From positions 20,646,001 through 20,710,000 of the forward strand of contig OX597835.1 in NCBI GenBank assembly GCA_951406725.2: DNA of 64,000 nt, given 5' to 3'. The stretch's first letter is position 1. Every line of letters begins with the position of its first letter. Shown piece after piece: positions 25,519 through 39,080 of the stretch. The notes under the pieces are model-generated. The model saw nothing but the letters and a program-made list of their open reading frames with translations, had not been told where the DNA came from and did no database searches. This stretch comes from Octopus vulgaris (lineage: Eukaryota). The translations under genes and the position numbers were made by a program.

Positions 25519-26744
25519 GTGTCAGTTCATTTGTGTGAGCGTGTGTGTACGTGCGTGTTTGTGTGTCGGTGTGCATCTGTATGTGTGTGTGCATGCGTGT
25601 GTACGTATATTTCTTGAAGTAATTTACTTGCAGATGATAAATAGAATTTATTTTATTCTTGACATGTGTCTTCGATTGGCAATTATCATTTCTTTTCGTT
25701 TTTTTGTTATATTTGATACACACATACATTGTCGAAGTATTTGGGAATATTTATGACTACCTAAATACATATATATATATATATAGACACACACACGCAC
25801 ATATGTATATATACATATATATATATACACAGACAGACACACACACACACACATATATACATATATATATATAAATGGTTTTTGTCTTAAGACGTAAAGT
25901 ATTAGCTATGTGTTATAAGTACTCAGTTTGGTTTTCCAGTAAAACCTCTGTTTGATGTGCATCGAAGAAGAGAGTGTTGAGACCGTCTGTCAAAGATGGC
26001 TAGAAGTAGCTCTTCCTTAAGAGGATAGGTATATATTTAAAACAGAGAATGAACAAACAAATTATATGGTAGCAGTTTAATGCATTTAATTTATAATTTA
26101 AGCATAGTGCACAGTAGTAAATGGCTTAAGTGTGTTATAGTTGTTTCTAGAATACCTTGATTGTGGTGGTTTTTGCGCAATGGTAAACAAGGTTGGTTGT
26201 TTGCGCTAAATGTAGCCAGGTCAGCTGCTGTACAATCTTTGCACCATGCACAAAAAGACGCTTGCTCAGCTGCTGTTTGGGTATAACATCTGAAGCGTCC
26301 ACTGCATAGGTATACTTTTTCTTTGGAGACGATTGGTGCCTTTCGTCAGGGCAGTATTTCTCCTTAAGCTCGCTGTAGCTTGATGTGGTCTCAGGTGAAC
26401 TATCTGGCAGTTTGTACCGTCTCCCCTATGCCAACATTTGACTAGAAGGATATAATTTGCATATCCTCGACTTCACTCCAAATTTCTTCTCTCCTCTAGG
26501 GTTTTAGATTCCATTGGAGCCTCCATATTTGAGTTTCCAGTTTGTTAGTTGGTGGTTTGGGGTTTCGGTTTTATCTGTTTCATCTCTTCCTTTTTCCCAC
26601 CTTCGTTCTTTATGTTTGTGATCGTATTCTTTCCTTCCTTTTCTGGAGGTATTTCTTGCATTTCCTTGGTTGTCCAGTGGAGTGAGCACTCCATTCCTTT
26701 GTAAGACCACTGGAACAGAGGGACTTCTGGCTGCTGCTTCCTCA

Positions 26745-27750
26745 GCTTCCTTATTTAATTTGGTGAATACTGCCGTAATCTTTGCCTTCATTTCATTTTG
26801 GTGTTACAAAGAGTTTTGTTGATCTCTCGCTTAACTGCGCCCCACACGTGATATTCAAAGGGTTTGCTGTTTGGAGAGTTAGGTGGTCAGATGTTAGGGG
26901 TGATGTGGTCGTAGAAATTGTCTGGCAGCCATGGGGTCTGCTGCTTGTGTGATATGGTGCAAATCCTTGTTGCCAGAATACAAGGTGTTCCAGCAGCCAC
27001 GCTCTTGACTCAGGGCAGCACTGTGGAAGCACTCCGTCGGTTACGACGACGAGGGTTCCGGTTGATCCGAATCACCGGTACAGCCTGATCGTGAAATTAA
27101 CGTGTAAGTGGCTGAGCACTCCACATACACGTGCACCCTTAACGTAGTTCTCGGGGATATTCAGCGTGACACAGAGAGTGACAAGGCTAGCCCTTTAAAG
27201 TACAGGTACAACAGAAACAGGAAGTAAGAGTGAGAGAAAGTTGTGGTGAAAGAGTACAGCAGGGTTCGCCACCACCCCCTGCCGGAGCCTCGTGGTGCTT
27301 TTAGGTGTTTTCGCTCAATAAACACTCACAACGCCCGGTCTGGGAATCGAAACCGCGATCCTACGACCGCGAGTCCGCTGCCCTAACCACTGGGCCATTG
27401 CCCCTCCACCAATAACATGTAGGCCTCTGTGTGGAGTCTTAGGCCGTGTGGAAGATGAATGGAGGCAAAAAGTTGTCATCACTAGTGATCAATCCAGAAA
27501 CCATGATTTTGTCATTCTCGGTGTATCTCCTTAGATTGCATTATCTTCTGATTGACATCCAAACGCTTTGAGACGTTCGTATTGGAGCTTTCGGCGCGAA
27601 TAACAAGCTGTACAACGTTTCCAAATTTCTGGCAGAGTGAATTGCGTCATGTCGCTGTTTTCCTCACAGACGGTGCTCAGCTGACACTATTATACTGGGT
27701 AGTCGATAAAATCAAAAAGAAACAATGCACATGCGCGAAATTAAAGACAT
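26745..27750 (-). mobile_element. Deleted DD37D transposon interrupted by a family B SINE
   Basis: Minus-strand frames give FWQQGFAPYHTS, DHITPNI.PPNSP..PF.YHVWGAV, KAKITAVFTKLNKE; 5' end matches 1572-1740. Confidence 0.75.
27029..27408 (-). mobile_element. SINE family B, tail type 1
   Basis: Collinear with 5083-5464. Confidence 0.85.
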
Positions 27751-27830
27751 ATATATACAGAGAGAGAGAGAGAGCGGAGAGTGATTAATATATTGTCTGT
27801 GTGTGTTATATATTTGGTATTTGGTTCATT

Positions 27831-28046
27831 AGGCGGCGAGCTGGTAGAAACGTTAGGACACCGGGCAAAATGCTTAGCGGTATTTCGTCTGCCGCTACGT
27901 TCCGAGTTCAAATTCTGCCGAGATCGACTTTGCCTTTCATCCTTTCGGGGTCGATGAATTAAGTACCAGTTACGCACTGGGGTCGATATAATCGACTTTA
28001 TCTGTTTGTCAGTCCTTGTTTGTCCCCTTTGTGTTTAGCCCCTTGT
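27831..28046 (+). mobile_element. SINE family C
   Basis: Full head to tail GTGGGTAGTAAAGAAATAG. Confidence 0.8.
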
Positions 28047-28742
28047 GGGTAGTAAAGAAATAGGTATCTGGTTCATGAAAAATGTTTAAAGAATGAATAA
28101 TTTCTTTCATATTCCACGATGGCCCGAGTTCGATCATACTGTTTGGCATCATTTACAAAGGGAAAAAAAACAAAACAAATTAAGACTGGTGCATTCATTT
28201 CATGTTGCTGATATTTATATGCGGTTAAGACGTGTCTTAAATAAACACACACACTCATACAATGCTATACATGTGCAAATGTAAATGTATTAGGTGTTGG
28301 ATTGACTCATGCTTTGAAAGGGAATTTAAATAGACGTACAATTTAGAGACATCCGGGTGGTGGATTCAAAGATTGCATGGAATTCCATTTATAAGTAAAG
28401 TGAAAGTTACACGCCACTTTCGAATTATCATCCATTTTTACTCATTCAGGAGCCAATAATTAAGCTGATCATAAAACCGAATCAACCTCTCCAAATCAAC
28501 TGTACATAAAGTGATTGAAACGCCACCTTGAAACGTAAACATTAAGTAATTCCCTAATATCACTATTTGGTTTGACTTCTTTATTGCATCTAATACGCCT
28601 CCATCCATTATAATTTACCCTGTTCGTATACAAATAGTGCAGGTTCTCTAAGAACGGTTTGGAGTACTTTGTATCATTTGAGGACAGTCGAAAATTATGA
28701 TACCGTGATAGCGACTTAGCGCAAAACGAAAGACATAAAATA

Positions 28743-29149
28743 TCTTTATATATAAAAGTGAGGTTGTGTGCTGTCTATCTCCTACGATTTAGATTCCTAA
28801 CTACTCCTACATTTTGCGGTGCAGTTTAACCAAAACCGGGTATCTTATTGTCGTGATTCATATCGAGCCCTTCTGGGTATTAGCGCGTGTCTACGATGAG
28901 TCTACGATTTAAAAAAAAATTACCATCAATTTTTCCCATTTTTAATGCATTTTTGGCATTAAATGATACAAAGTACTCCAAACCGTACTCTGAAAATGTA
29001 TTATTAAATCTCAGAACGTAAAAAGCTACAGTAACACCCCCCCCTTTGTGGTTAGCTATATTGAGGTGGCTATTATACTTTACATCTCTAAAAATGCTTA
29101 TATAGTTATTTCCCTTACAAACCCGAGCAACGCCGGGCGATACTGCTAG
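28743..29149 (+). mobile_element. Non-autonomous Helitron, family H1
   Basis: A|TCTTTATATATAAAAG 5' end; 3' hairpin CCCGAGCAACGCCGGG followed by CGATACTGCTAG|T; second copy at 51093-51471. Confidence 0.82.
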
Positions 29150-29173
29150 TTATATATACAAAGACGCACACAC

Positions 29174-29284
<111 letters not shown>

Positions 29285-30104
29285 GTCAGAAAGAGAGAGA
29301 GACTTTGAATGTAGAAAAATCAATAGAAAGAAACAGATAGGGGAAGAACAAATTATGCGTATTGTTTTGATGTTGAGGAAAAAATGGGAAAATTTTCGAC
29401 ATCTCGAGCCACCACTCTTCGATAGAAAGAACTGAGGAAAGAAACGGAACCAATGGAAGAAAACGGGGAGAGGAAAAATTATGTCTGGATTAATGGTTTC
29501 ACATGCTTAAATGACCACACGGAAGAGGTTGAATGGAAGGGGAGATAATAGTGCCCTGCTAAAAATCCGTGCGCGCTAGCGCGTGTGCATATCATGAAGA
29601 ATCGTATGAGTGTATGTGTAGGAGGAAAGAAGAACGTACGTTGTGTGCAATAATGTGCACCTATGTATATTTGCACCTATATATATATATACACATATAC
29701 ATTTTCATATATATGCACATTCATCAATCTAAAACGTCATGTATCCAGGTATTTCCATTCAACTAAACGTCTTATCCACCTGTCTGAAATAGAGATATAT
29801 TTTCTGTCACACTCCCAAGTACATTTCTTCCACCTCCTCTTCCTCCTCTTCTTTTTCATCTTCCTGTTCTTTTCATTCTTCTTCTTATCATTTTTACAGC
29901 TGCTTTTGTTTTTGTTTTTTTTCATTTTGTTTCCATTTCTCATTAAGTGTCTTCCCAACACAGAGGGTGAAGAAACTCACTGGATACAAACTTGAATGTT
30001 CACTTGAACGAGAACTGGCCCAACTCCAGTCTACCAAGTTCACAACCACACACATGTAAGAGGATCAAATGTACCCGAGAAGGATTTGATTAACTAATAT
30101 GTGC

Positions 30105-30437
30105 TTATTGTTGTTGTTGTTAATATTATTATTGTTGTTATTATTATCATTGTTATTATTGTTATCAATATTGTTATTATTGTTTTCAATATTATTGCTG
30201 ATAAGATTATTATTAATATTATATTATTGTTGTTATTAGTATTAGCATTATTACTATTGTTGTTGTTATTATTGCTATCATTATTGTTGTTGTTATTATT
30301 ATTATTGTTAATATTATTATTGTTATCAATATTATTATTGTTAATATTGTCGTTATTAATATTATTACTATTATCATTGCTATTAATATTATTATTATTA
30401 TTATTATTATTGTTTTTATTAATATTAGCATTATCAT
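30105..30437. repeat. Degenerate (ATT/GTT)n array
   Basis: Directly visible. Confidence 0.9.
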
Positions 30438-30872
30438 TCAACCACTAGCGTGGTTGAATATATTTTTAAGTCCACCATTTCGTCAATCGCAGCAGCTTTC
30501 AAACTTCACCACTAATTAAGTTCTCAACTACATTGCAAACCTACTACACTTTGGCGTAAATAGTTTAAGATTTAGTTCAGTAAAAAAAAGTTACATCAAA
30601 ATATCTGCGATTTCAAAGGGGAAGGGGCAGTAAGGCAGATATTCATCTTCAATTAACGTAAATTTGTTAATTTTAAATTAAACATATGCCTCTCTTAGTC
30701 TTAAATTATAGAAAAATGCATGAGGAATTGAAAACCGCTCGTCGCATTGAACAACAATTCTGTTAAAAAGAGTTATGAGTAAAATGTTACGAAATTTCAT
30801 GTCAGTAAGTAAGGGAGTAACGCTTAAGCAATAAGAATAAAATATATTTCTAAAATGAATGCTTGCTTTCTG

Positions 30873-30960
30873 AGGCGGCGAGCTGGCAGAAACGCTAGCA
30901 CGCCAGGCGAAATGCTAAGCGGTTTTTCGTCTGCCAAGTTCTGAGTTCAAATTCCGCCTA
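30873..30960 (+). mobile_element. SINE family C head fragment
   Basis: GGCGGCGAGCTGGCAGAAACG...GAGTTCAAATTCCGCC. Confidence 0.7.
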
Positions 30961-31019
30961 GGAATATATAATTTTAAAGGACGTTTTGCCCTCTATCTAA
31001 TCGTGTTACTCTTTTTCTT

Positions 31020-32149
31020 TTTGAATAATTAGGCCATTTTTCCGGAACGTTGAATACAACATGGAGAAAAAGCAATTCCAGTTCAGGCTAGGCCGAAAAG
31101 CTGCTGAAACAGCTCGCGATATCAACGATGTGTTTGGTGAGGAACCACTAATGAACGTACAGTACAATGGTGGTTCGAGAATTTCTTAGCGATGACGAGT
31201 GTCTTGAAGATGATAAGCGTAGTAGTCGTCCGTCGGATGTTGACAACGATCAACTAAGAGCCTTAGTCGAAACCAATCCACGCACAACTTTTCGAGAGCT
31301 TTTCGAATTAGACGTAATGTTTACGACAATTTCCAACCACTTGAAAGAGATTGGAAAAACAAAAATACTTGAGAAATAGGTGCCATACAAATTAAACGAC
31401 AACCCCCACCCCACCCCACATAAAAAACGCCACTTTGAAGTGTCGTCTTCCCAATTTTTAGGCAACAAGAATGACCTGTTTCTCAACCGGATTGTGACTT
31501 GTAAAGAAACGTGGATTGTTTATGACAACCGGTGAGGCTCAGCTAAGTGGTTGAACGCCACCGAAGCACCACACCACTTGACGAAGCCAAAGTTGCACCA
31601 AAAAAGGTCAAGGTGACTGTTTGGTAGTCTGCTGCCGGTCTCATGCATCACAGCTTTTTGGATCCAAGCGAGACCATTACAGCGTGGAAGTACTGTCAAC
31701 AAATGGATGAAATGCATAAGAAACTCCGACAACAACGGCCAGCATTGGTCAATAGGAAAGGAGCAATTCTTCTCCACGACAACACTCGGCCGCACGTCGC
31801 ATAACTAACCTTCCAGATTTGAAAGAATTAGGCTACGAAACTCTGCCTCATTCGCCCTTCGCACCACACCTCTCGCCTACCGACTACTACTTTTTCAAGC
31901 ATCTCCACAAAATCCTGCATGAGAAATGCTTCAAAAACCAAGTTGATGGCAAACAAACCTTCAACGACTTCATCGCCAACAGAACGCAAGATTTTTACGC
32001 TACTGGCATAAATAAAATTCTTTGGCGTTGGGAAAAGTGTGTTGATTCTGATAGTGTTTATTTCGATTAATAAAGTTTTGTTTCAGCTGAGATATGCGCA
32101 TCGGAATTTTAAGGTTAAAAGCCAGAAAAAGTTTATTGACAACCTAATA
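31020..32149 (+). pseudogene. Decayed mariner (DD34D) transposon
   Basis: LEDDKRSSRPSDVDNDQLRALVETNPRTT, IVTCKETWIVYDN, ILLHDNTRPH, PHSPFAPHLSPTDYYFF; right end ...GACAACCTAA|TA resembles a mariner TIR. Confidence 0.88.
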
Positions 32150-32284
32150 CAATAAATTTAAAAGATGAGAACTGTAAAGAATGATAAATTAGAAGAACTG
32201 GCATTCTTTGCTGCAATACTTTAAGTAAAAAGTTTCTTATTCTTTACTATTAAGAATATAAATTTTCATGCTCACATTTTTCCA

Positions 32285-32598
32285 TATAATTATCTTTAGT
32301 ATTATTGTTGTTAATATTGTTATTAATATTATTATTATTAATATTATTATTATTGTTATTAACATTATTATTCTTATTAACATTATTATTATTAATATTG
32401 TTATTAATATTAATCTTAATATTATTATTAATACTGTTAATATTATTGCTATTAATATTATTGTTAATATTATTGTTATTATAGCTATTGTTATTAATAT
32501 TATTATTGTTAATAATATTATTATTATCATTGATATTATTAATAATAATATTATTTTCACTATCATTATTATTATTGTTATATTATTATTGCCATTAG

Positions 32599-32667
<69 letters not shown>

Positions 32668-32676
32668 TATTATTAA
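32285..32676. repeat. Degenerate (ATT)n array
   Basis: Directly visible. Confidence 0.9.
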
Positions 32677-32727
32677 TTTTATCATTAAAATTTTGAGTTT
32701 TGCTTTGTATTTGTATAAATTGACTCC

Positions 32728-33528
32728 CAAAATTACTGCAGAGCTTAATGAAAACCTCGAGAACCCAGTTTCTACAAAAACTATTCGCCGGTTGTTGCAC
32801 AAAGCCAGATTTCACGGGAGAGCTACAATCAGAAAATCACCACTTTCAAAAGAAAACGTTGCAAAGCGTTTGGATTGAAATAAAAACCTATGAATTGCTC
32901 CCTAGAGCAGTGGAATATTTTCTCGGACGAGTCATCCTTTACCTTATTTCCGACCACTGGCTGAGTATACGCGTGGAAACAGTCAACAGAAGCATTTGAC
33001 CGAGACTGCCTTCTTCCAACTGCTCAACGTGTAGGAGGATCTGTGATGATCTACGGGGCTATATCTTGGAAATTCGTCGGCCCACTGGTTTCCCTTCATG
33101 TCAGAATTAATAGTCAAGACAGTTTAAGCATTTAATCTGATCAAATTCATCCTATGGTTGCAGAACTGTTTCCGGAGGGAGGCGCAATCTTTCAGGATCA
33201 TTATGCATCAATTCACATAGCTAAATTTGTTACTAAATGGCAGAACGAACATTCTAGTGAAGTTGAACATCTTACCTTGCCAACACAATACCCAGATTTC
33301 AATATTATTGAAAATTTATGGTGCATTTTAGAAAGACACGTAAGGAGTCCATATCCTCCACCATCATCACTACAAGAACTGGAGACTGTTTTCGCTGAAG
33401 AAAGGAGAAAAATTCCTTTGGAAACAATTCAAACTTTATACGAGTTCATACGTCATAGAAAATTAAACGCCATATTAAAATAAATTTGTTTGAAATTGTA
33501 AGGTGTTTCCATTATTTTGTCCAACCCC

Positions 33529-33531
<3 letters not shown>
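32728..33531 (+). pseudogene. 5'-truncated Tc1-like (DD34E) transposon
   Basis: PVSTKTIRRLLH, IFSDESSF, GGSVMI.GAI, IFQDHYASIH, PDFNIIENLW; right TIR AAGGTGTTTCCATTATTTTGTCCAACCCC followed by TA. Confidence 0.88.
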
Positions 33532-33606
<75 letters not shown>

Positions 33607-33609
<3 letters not shown>

Positions 33610-33910
33610 AAGTGCAATGGCCTAGTGGTTAGGGCAGCGGACTCGCGGTCGCAGGATCGCGGTTTCGATTCCCAGATCGGGCGTTGTGAGTGTTTATTGA
33701 GCAAAACACCTAAAAGCTCCACGAGGCTCCGGCAGGGGGGGGAGGTGATCCCTGCTGTACTCTTTCACCACTCTTTCTCCCACTCCTTTTTCTGTTGGCC
33801 TGCTCGCTTAGCCAGCGGGGTGGCGTCATTCGAAGGCTAAAACAATGCGAACGCATTGTGACCAGCGATGTGTAACAACATCTGATGGTCTGGTCGGTCA
33901 CGTGATCACG

Positions 33911-33911
<1 letters not shown>
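33607..33911 (+). mobile_element. SINE family B, tail type 2
   Basis: tRNA-like head plus tail ending GGTCACGTGATCACG, followed by (TA)n. Confidence 0.82.
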
Positions 33912-33965
<54 letters not shown>

Positions 33966-34658
33966 TACAGTCTCGTTTTGGGGCTGTTTTATTATAAGTG
34001 TATACCTACTCATAATATATTTTGCTCCCATGTTTGGAACAATGGGGAAACATTTATCCAGTAATAGAGAAGATTTATACGCAAGAACTTTGAGTTTTCT
34101 TTACGTCGCTTATTATTTTCTATCACGACTGACTAACTCGTTGGATCATGATTTCTTTTCTTCTATTTTTTTATTTATTTTTGTTTTGTTGTATTTTTAG
34201 GATTCTATTGGCGAGTTTATGGCTGATATTTTATGGTTTATGATACACGCTAGATGGTTAATACGGGAATAACCTATTTAGTTCAAAGAGAGCTATGATT
34301 CTTATGGGTAGAGTTAATACACGCAATAGATTAGTGTTCTTTGCAAACAGGAAGGTAGATATACAAAAATATATATATGTGTATATATATGCATTTATAT
34401 GTGTGTGTATGTATATGTATATATATACATATATATATACATATATATATATATATGTGTATGTATATGTATGCATATATATATTACGTATATATGTGAG
34501 TATATATATATATATATATATATATAATTACACGCACATACATATATATGCATATCTACATATATGTACACACTTGCACACATATGTAATATATGCGTAT
34601 ATACATAAATATCTGGACATATATCCATATATATATAATAGACATACGCATATTTCAA

Positions 34659-34693
<35 letters not shown>

Positions 34694-36821
34694 CTTATAT
34701 AACAGCTACTTAATGCTAGATTGACAATACAAAAGAAAATACCCGTTTTGTACGAAGTTCAATTATTATCTCGCATCAACATGTTAATCTTCTCCGTTAG
34801 ATAAGCCATAGACTTAAAACGAATTGTTTCTAGAAACGAAATCATTCAAGAAACGAAACACGTTTTAATGCGTGACTATTTGTCACACAGCATACTTGCG
34901 GTATCAACATTTATTTATAATAGATTTTCCCTATTTATTGTCACATCATCTGAACGCGCGAAGTGGATGATTATCTAAGTATGCTTTTAGATAGACGCCA
35001 TTAATTTCTTCCATTACATCAAAACCACCTGATTTCTTAGAGCGAAACCATTAAGATAGAGGAAAGCTATCATAGATAAGCGTTTCAAATGATTTGCTTC
35101 CCCAATATTTCACTTCGCTGTAATAATAACTTCCTTTTGTTCCAGGAGAAGAAAGTGGACAGAATGACATAGTTTTCATGATAGTCCAATATATGTTTGA
35201 TTGTAAAGTAGTTCAGTTTTCCATAGCATTGTAAGTGAAGAACAACTTAATGAATGGACGCCAAATGAAGGTATTTAAAGGCTTTATAGTATAACTGATT
35301 AATGTACAATTGGCTATAATTGTCAAACGCTATCTGTATCTATTGGTTTCGTTTCTAATAACCACTGCGATCGTTAACAGCGTCACGAAAAGAAAGTGAG
35401 AAAAATTATAGAAAGCCAGCAACAATTTCACACATTGCAAAATCAACCGAAATATATGAGGAACATTATAGTAACGGTTATTTATACAGAATATATTCAG
35501 AACCCAACAATCAAAGTACATATGGCATCGAAATTCTTCTGATATTCTATATGGAAAAACTGAACACAATACGTTGCTAAATAGATCCGATGTTTATGAA
35601 CGTATTATATTTCATTTCTGAGATATTAGTTCTCAATTTCTGCTACGTGTTTTTATTTCAATTATTATTATAAAATATCAAAAATATATCTACACGGAAA
35701 TATATAGTACTCCATATAGTGTCTGAGAATTTACATTAAAACATTTGTTACATATATTTTGTATTAGATAAAGTTAGAACTTCTAGGTTAAATGTAAAGA
35801 ATATTGTTAAATGTGAGGCATAAACATTTTTAAAAATTTAGGAAATTAAGTAAAATATATCGGGAATCTGTCGTTTGTATTAGTATGAATAACAGAGGGA
35901 GATACTTTTGTATCGCTATAAACAAATCATTTCAGTGGTTGTTAGGCAAGAAAGTGTTGAACCCCCATACGTCGTCTAACAACTGGAAATTCAGTGGTAT
36001 ATATGATGCTTTATCTTGCCACTCACAGCTTCTTGCTACTCTCCGTTTCATCTGTTAGTAAACGAGATCTTTATACAAAATGCTTTATGCCTAGGGGGCG
36101 AAACCTGGAAGTCAGAGGGGCAGATGTACTGAGCTCATAATGTACCTTTCAGACTTTTTTTTTTTTGATTTAGCGGGAAAAAATAACCCTCTTCACTGGA
36201 GAGAAACCATTGTTATATTGGAATACATCTTACAATTAGAATTATATTAAAATATTTTTATTTGATGACATTGACTTAATCACCAAACTGTTCACTAATG
36301 AGTCTGCCCGAACGAAAATGAAAGATTAAACTTTTACATGTTATTGAATACCTCTTTTTCCGAAACTTAATACTTAACGGATTTGTCAGTGTTTCTGTAT
36401 GTGTACGTGTGAGTGTTTCTCAGTGCGTACGTATGTGTGCGTGAGCATCATTGCAACTCTTAAGCGAAGAGTTCAAAGTAAGGAATTAATTAGTTAATTA
36501 ATTAGTCGTAAACTATTTTCCATTAATGCATTGGCATAAACTAATTAAAGTTCAATGCTTAGAGTAAATGGACTTTGAGGCTCTCTGAGTTGATATTTGT
36601 GTAAATCCCAGATGAATCACATGCAAATTGAAGATGCTGTTATACATTCAATATAAAAGACTGCCAGGTCCACAAGGCTCTCCTTTCTTTCTTGATTGTT
36701 GAATGCATTTTGGGTAAGATTTCGTTAATATTGCTGGTAGAGTGAGTCATCCCATATAGCCATTCTTTTGCTAAACAAACGTTTAACAATTTATGATCCT
36801 TCATGCCAAATGTGTGAGGCA

Positions 36822-36858
<37 letters not shown>

Positions 36859-36863
<5 letters not shown>

Positions 36864-37087
36864 GGGCTCAGTAAAATAATTTACTTTGCCACATATTGAA
36901 ATTTTTAGAAATAGCAGCCCAAAAATTTTCTTTAGCCATTTCTACTACTTTAAGAAGAATCTCCCTGAATACGCCTTGAATGGTCCTTTTACATACTGAA
37001 CACTACTTGGTGAAATTAATTAATAACTAATTGATTTTACCCTTAGTTATTGATAATATATATATTTTACCCTTAGTTATTGATAAT
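36859..37087. mobile_element. Short diverged relative of the 545-bp unit with inverted arms (no hammerhead retained)
   Basis: 36859-36966 resembles unit ~6712-6818 in the same orientation; 36967-37057 resembles the reverse complement of unit ~6608-6696; the terminal ~30 bp is duplicated; TA tracts on both sides. Confidence 0.75.
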
Positions 37088-37311
37088 ATATATATACAAG
37101 TATAAGCATATATATATATACATATATGTACATACCTACATATATATATGCATATATACATCCATATATGGATACAGAACATAAAAAAATACGTTGAACA
37201 CAATGAGAAACGAAAACATAAAAACAGGAACATAGAAATGAGACATACGATATAAAGAATATTTCCCTTCTTCACTTGTCCCTGTTTCATCTACTCCGCG
37301 TTACGAAAGCA

Positions 37312-37436
<125 letters not shown>

Positions 37437-37528
37437 TATATATATATATGATTCTATGTGTGTGTATGTATTTGTGTATTTAAGTATGAACATTATAGAT
37501 GCATATTCCTATGTATGCACATATATTC

Positions 37529-37573
<45 letters not shown>

Positions 37574-37620
37574 TATATATTCATGTGTATATGTATATAT
37601 ATATATGCACATATATATTC

Positions 37621-37665
<45 letters not shown>

Positions 37666-37908
37666 AAAGGACGAAACTGTAAAAAATTTTATCAGTGGCA
37701 ACCATATAAAAAGATAGACCTATTAAGGTGAAATCATAAATACAATTATAATTAAGTGCATAGAAAAAATTCTCGCCTATCTGCTGAAAGGAGATGCTAA
37801 ATCGTGAAACCACATTAGATAATAATAGTGATGATATTTAATGTGGTTTGATGATTTAGCGTCTCTTTTTAGGATATAGGCAAGAACTTTTCTATGCCCT
37901 TATTATAT

Positions 37909-38320
37909 TTCTCTTTTACTCTTTTACATGTTTCAGTCATTTGACTGCGGCCATGCTGGAGCACCGCCTTTAGTCGAACAAATCGACCCCAGGACTTATT
38001 CTTTGTAAGCCCAGTACTTATTCTATCGGTCTCTTTTGCCGAACCGCTAAGTGACGGGGACTTAAACACACCAGCATCGGTTGTCAAGCAATGCAAAGTG
38101 TACAAACACTCACACACAAACACATACACATACATATACATATATATACATATATACGACAGGCTTCTTTCAGTTTCCGTCTACCAAATCCACTCACTAG
38201 GCATTGATCGGCCCGGGGCTATAGCAGAATATACTTGCCCAAGATGCCACGCAGTGGGACTTAACCCGGAACCATGTGGTTGGTTAGCAAGCTACTTACC
38301 ACACAGCCACTCCTGCGCCT
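37909..38320 (-). mobile_element. SINE family A
   Basis: Full-length reverse-complement copy. Confidence 0.85.
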
Positions 38321-38812
38321 ATGTATATATATTATGTGTGTGTGTGTGTGTTCGTACTTCTGGTTCATTGCACGCAAATACACACACACAGATACATAAA
38401 TACGCAGAATACATACATACGTACGTACGCAATCACATGCGCACACTGTTACGCACACATATGAACACACGCAACAAAATCTGAAGCAGACAACTGCGGT
38501 CTCCCTTACGGATTGAAACGAAAGTCATTGAAAATGTTTCAGGTAGCAAAAAAGAAATATTATTCCAGATTTACATAACTGTAAGACTGCCATAAATACT
38601 AAATACTAATCAGTATAATTCTGCGAAAGAGTGATACGTGTATCTAAACGTAATGTTTTACTCGTTAGTAATTGAAAAGACTAACGGGTTTAAGAGTTTG
38701 GTTAATGGACATGGTGCCAGGCTAGCAACATTTACTCTTTTTCTCTTTTTACTTGTTTCATGGTCCTTTTACATACTGAACACTACTTTTTCTTTTGCCC
38801 TTGTTTATAAGT

Positions 38813-38866
<54 letters not shown>

Positions 38867-38869
38867 TGT

Positions 38870-39080
38870 GGGAGGTGTCTTTGTATTTGTGTTGGTCCCC
38901 CACCATCGCTTGACAACCGATTTTGATGTATTTATGACCTCTTAACTTAGCGTTTCAGCAAAAGAGACCGAGAGAATAAGTACCTGGATTTAACATAAGT
39001 ACTGGGAGTCGATTCATTCGACTAATAATTTTCAAGGTGGCGCCCCAGCATGGCCGCAGTCTCATGACTGAAACCAGTTA
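38870..39080 (+). mobile_element. SINE family A 3' half, diverged
   Basis: TTGACAACCGA...CCAGCATGGCCGCAGTC. Confidence 0.65.

Noticed and set aside
29390-29435. Possible minimal hammerhead on the minus strand (TCGAAGAG-TGGTGG-CTC-GAGATGTC)
   Set aside because: The core departs from CUGANGA and GAAA; at best a decayed relic.
30094-32815. Poly-N/I/L ORFs, also at 11043-12011 and 54439-55151
   Set aside because: Trinucleotide repeat artefacts.
37260-37310. Hammerhead-like fragments (CCCTTCTTCAC...CGCGTTACG) in a TA-flanked insert
   Set aside because: Both core halves are mutated; a fold cannot be supported.
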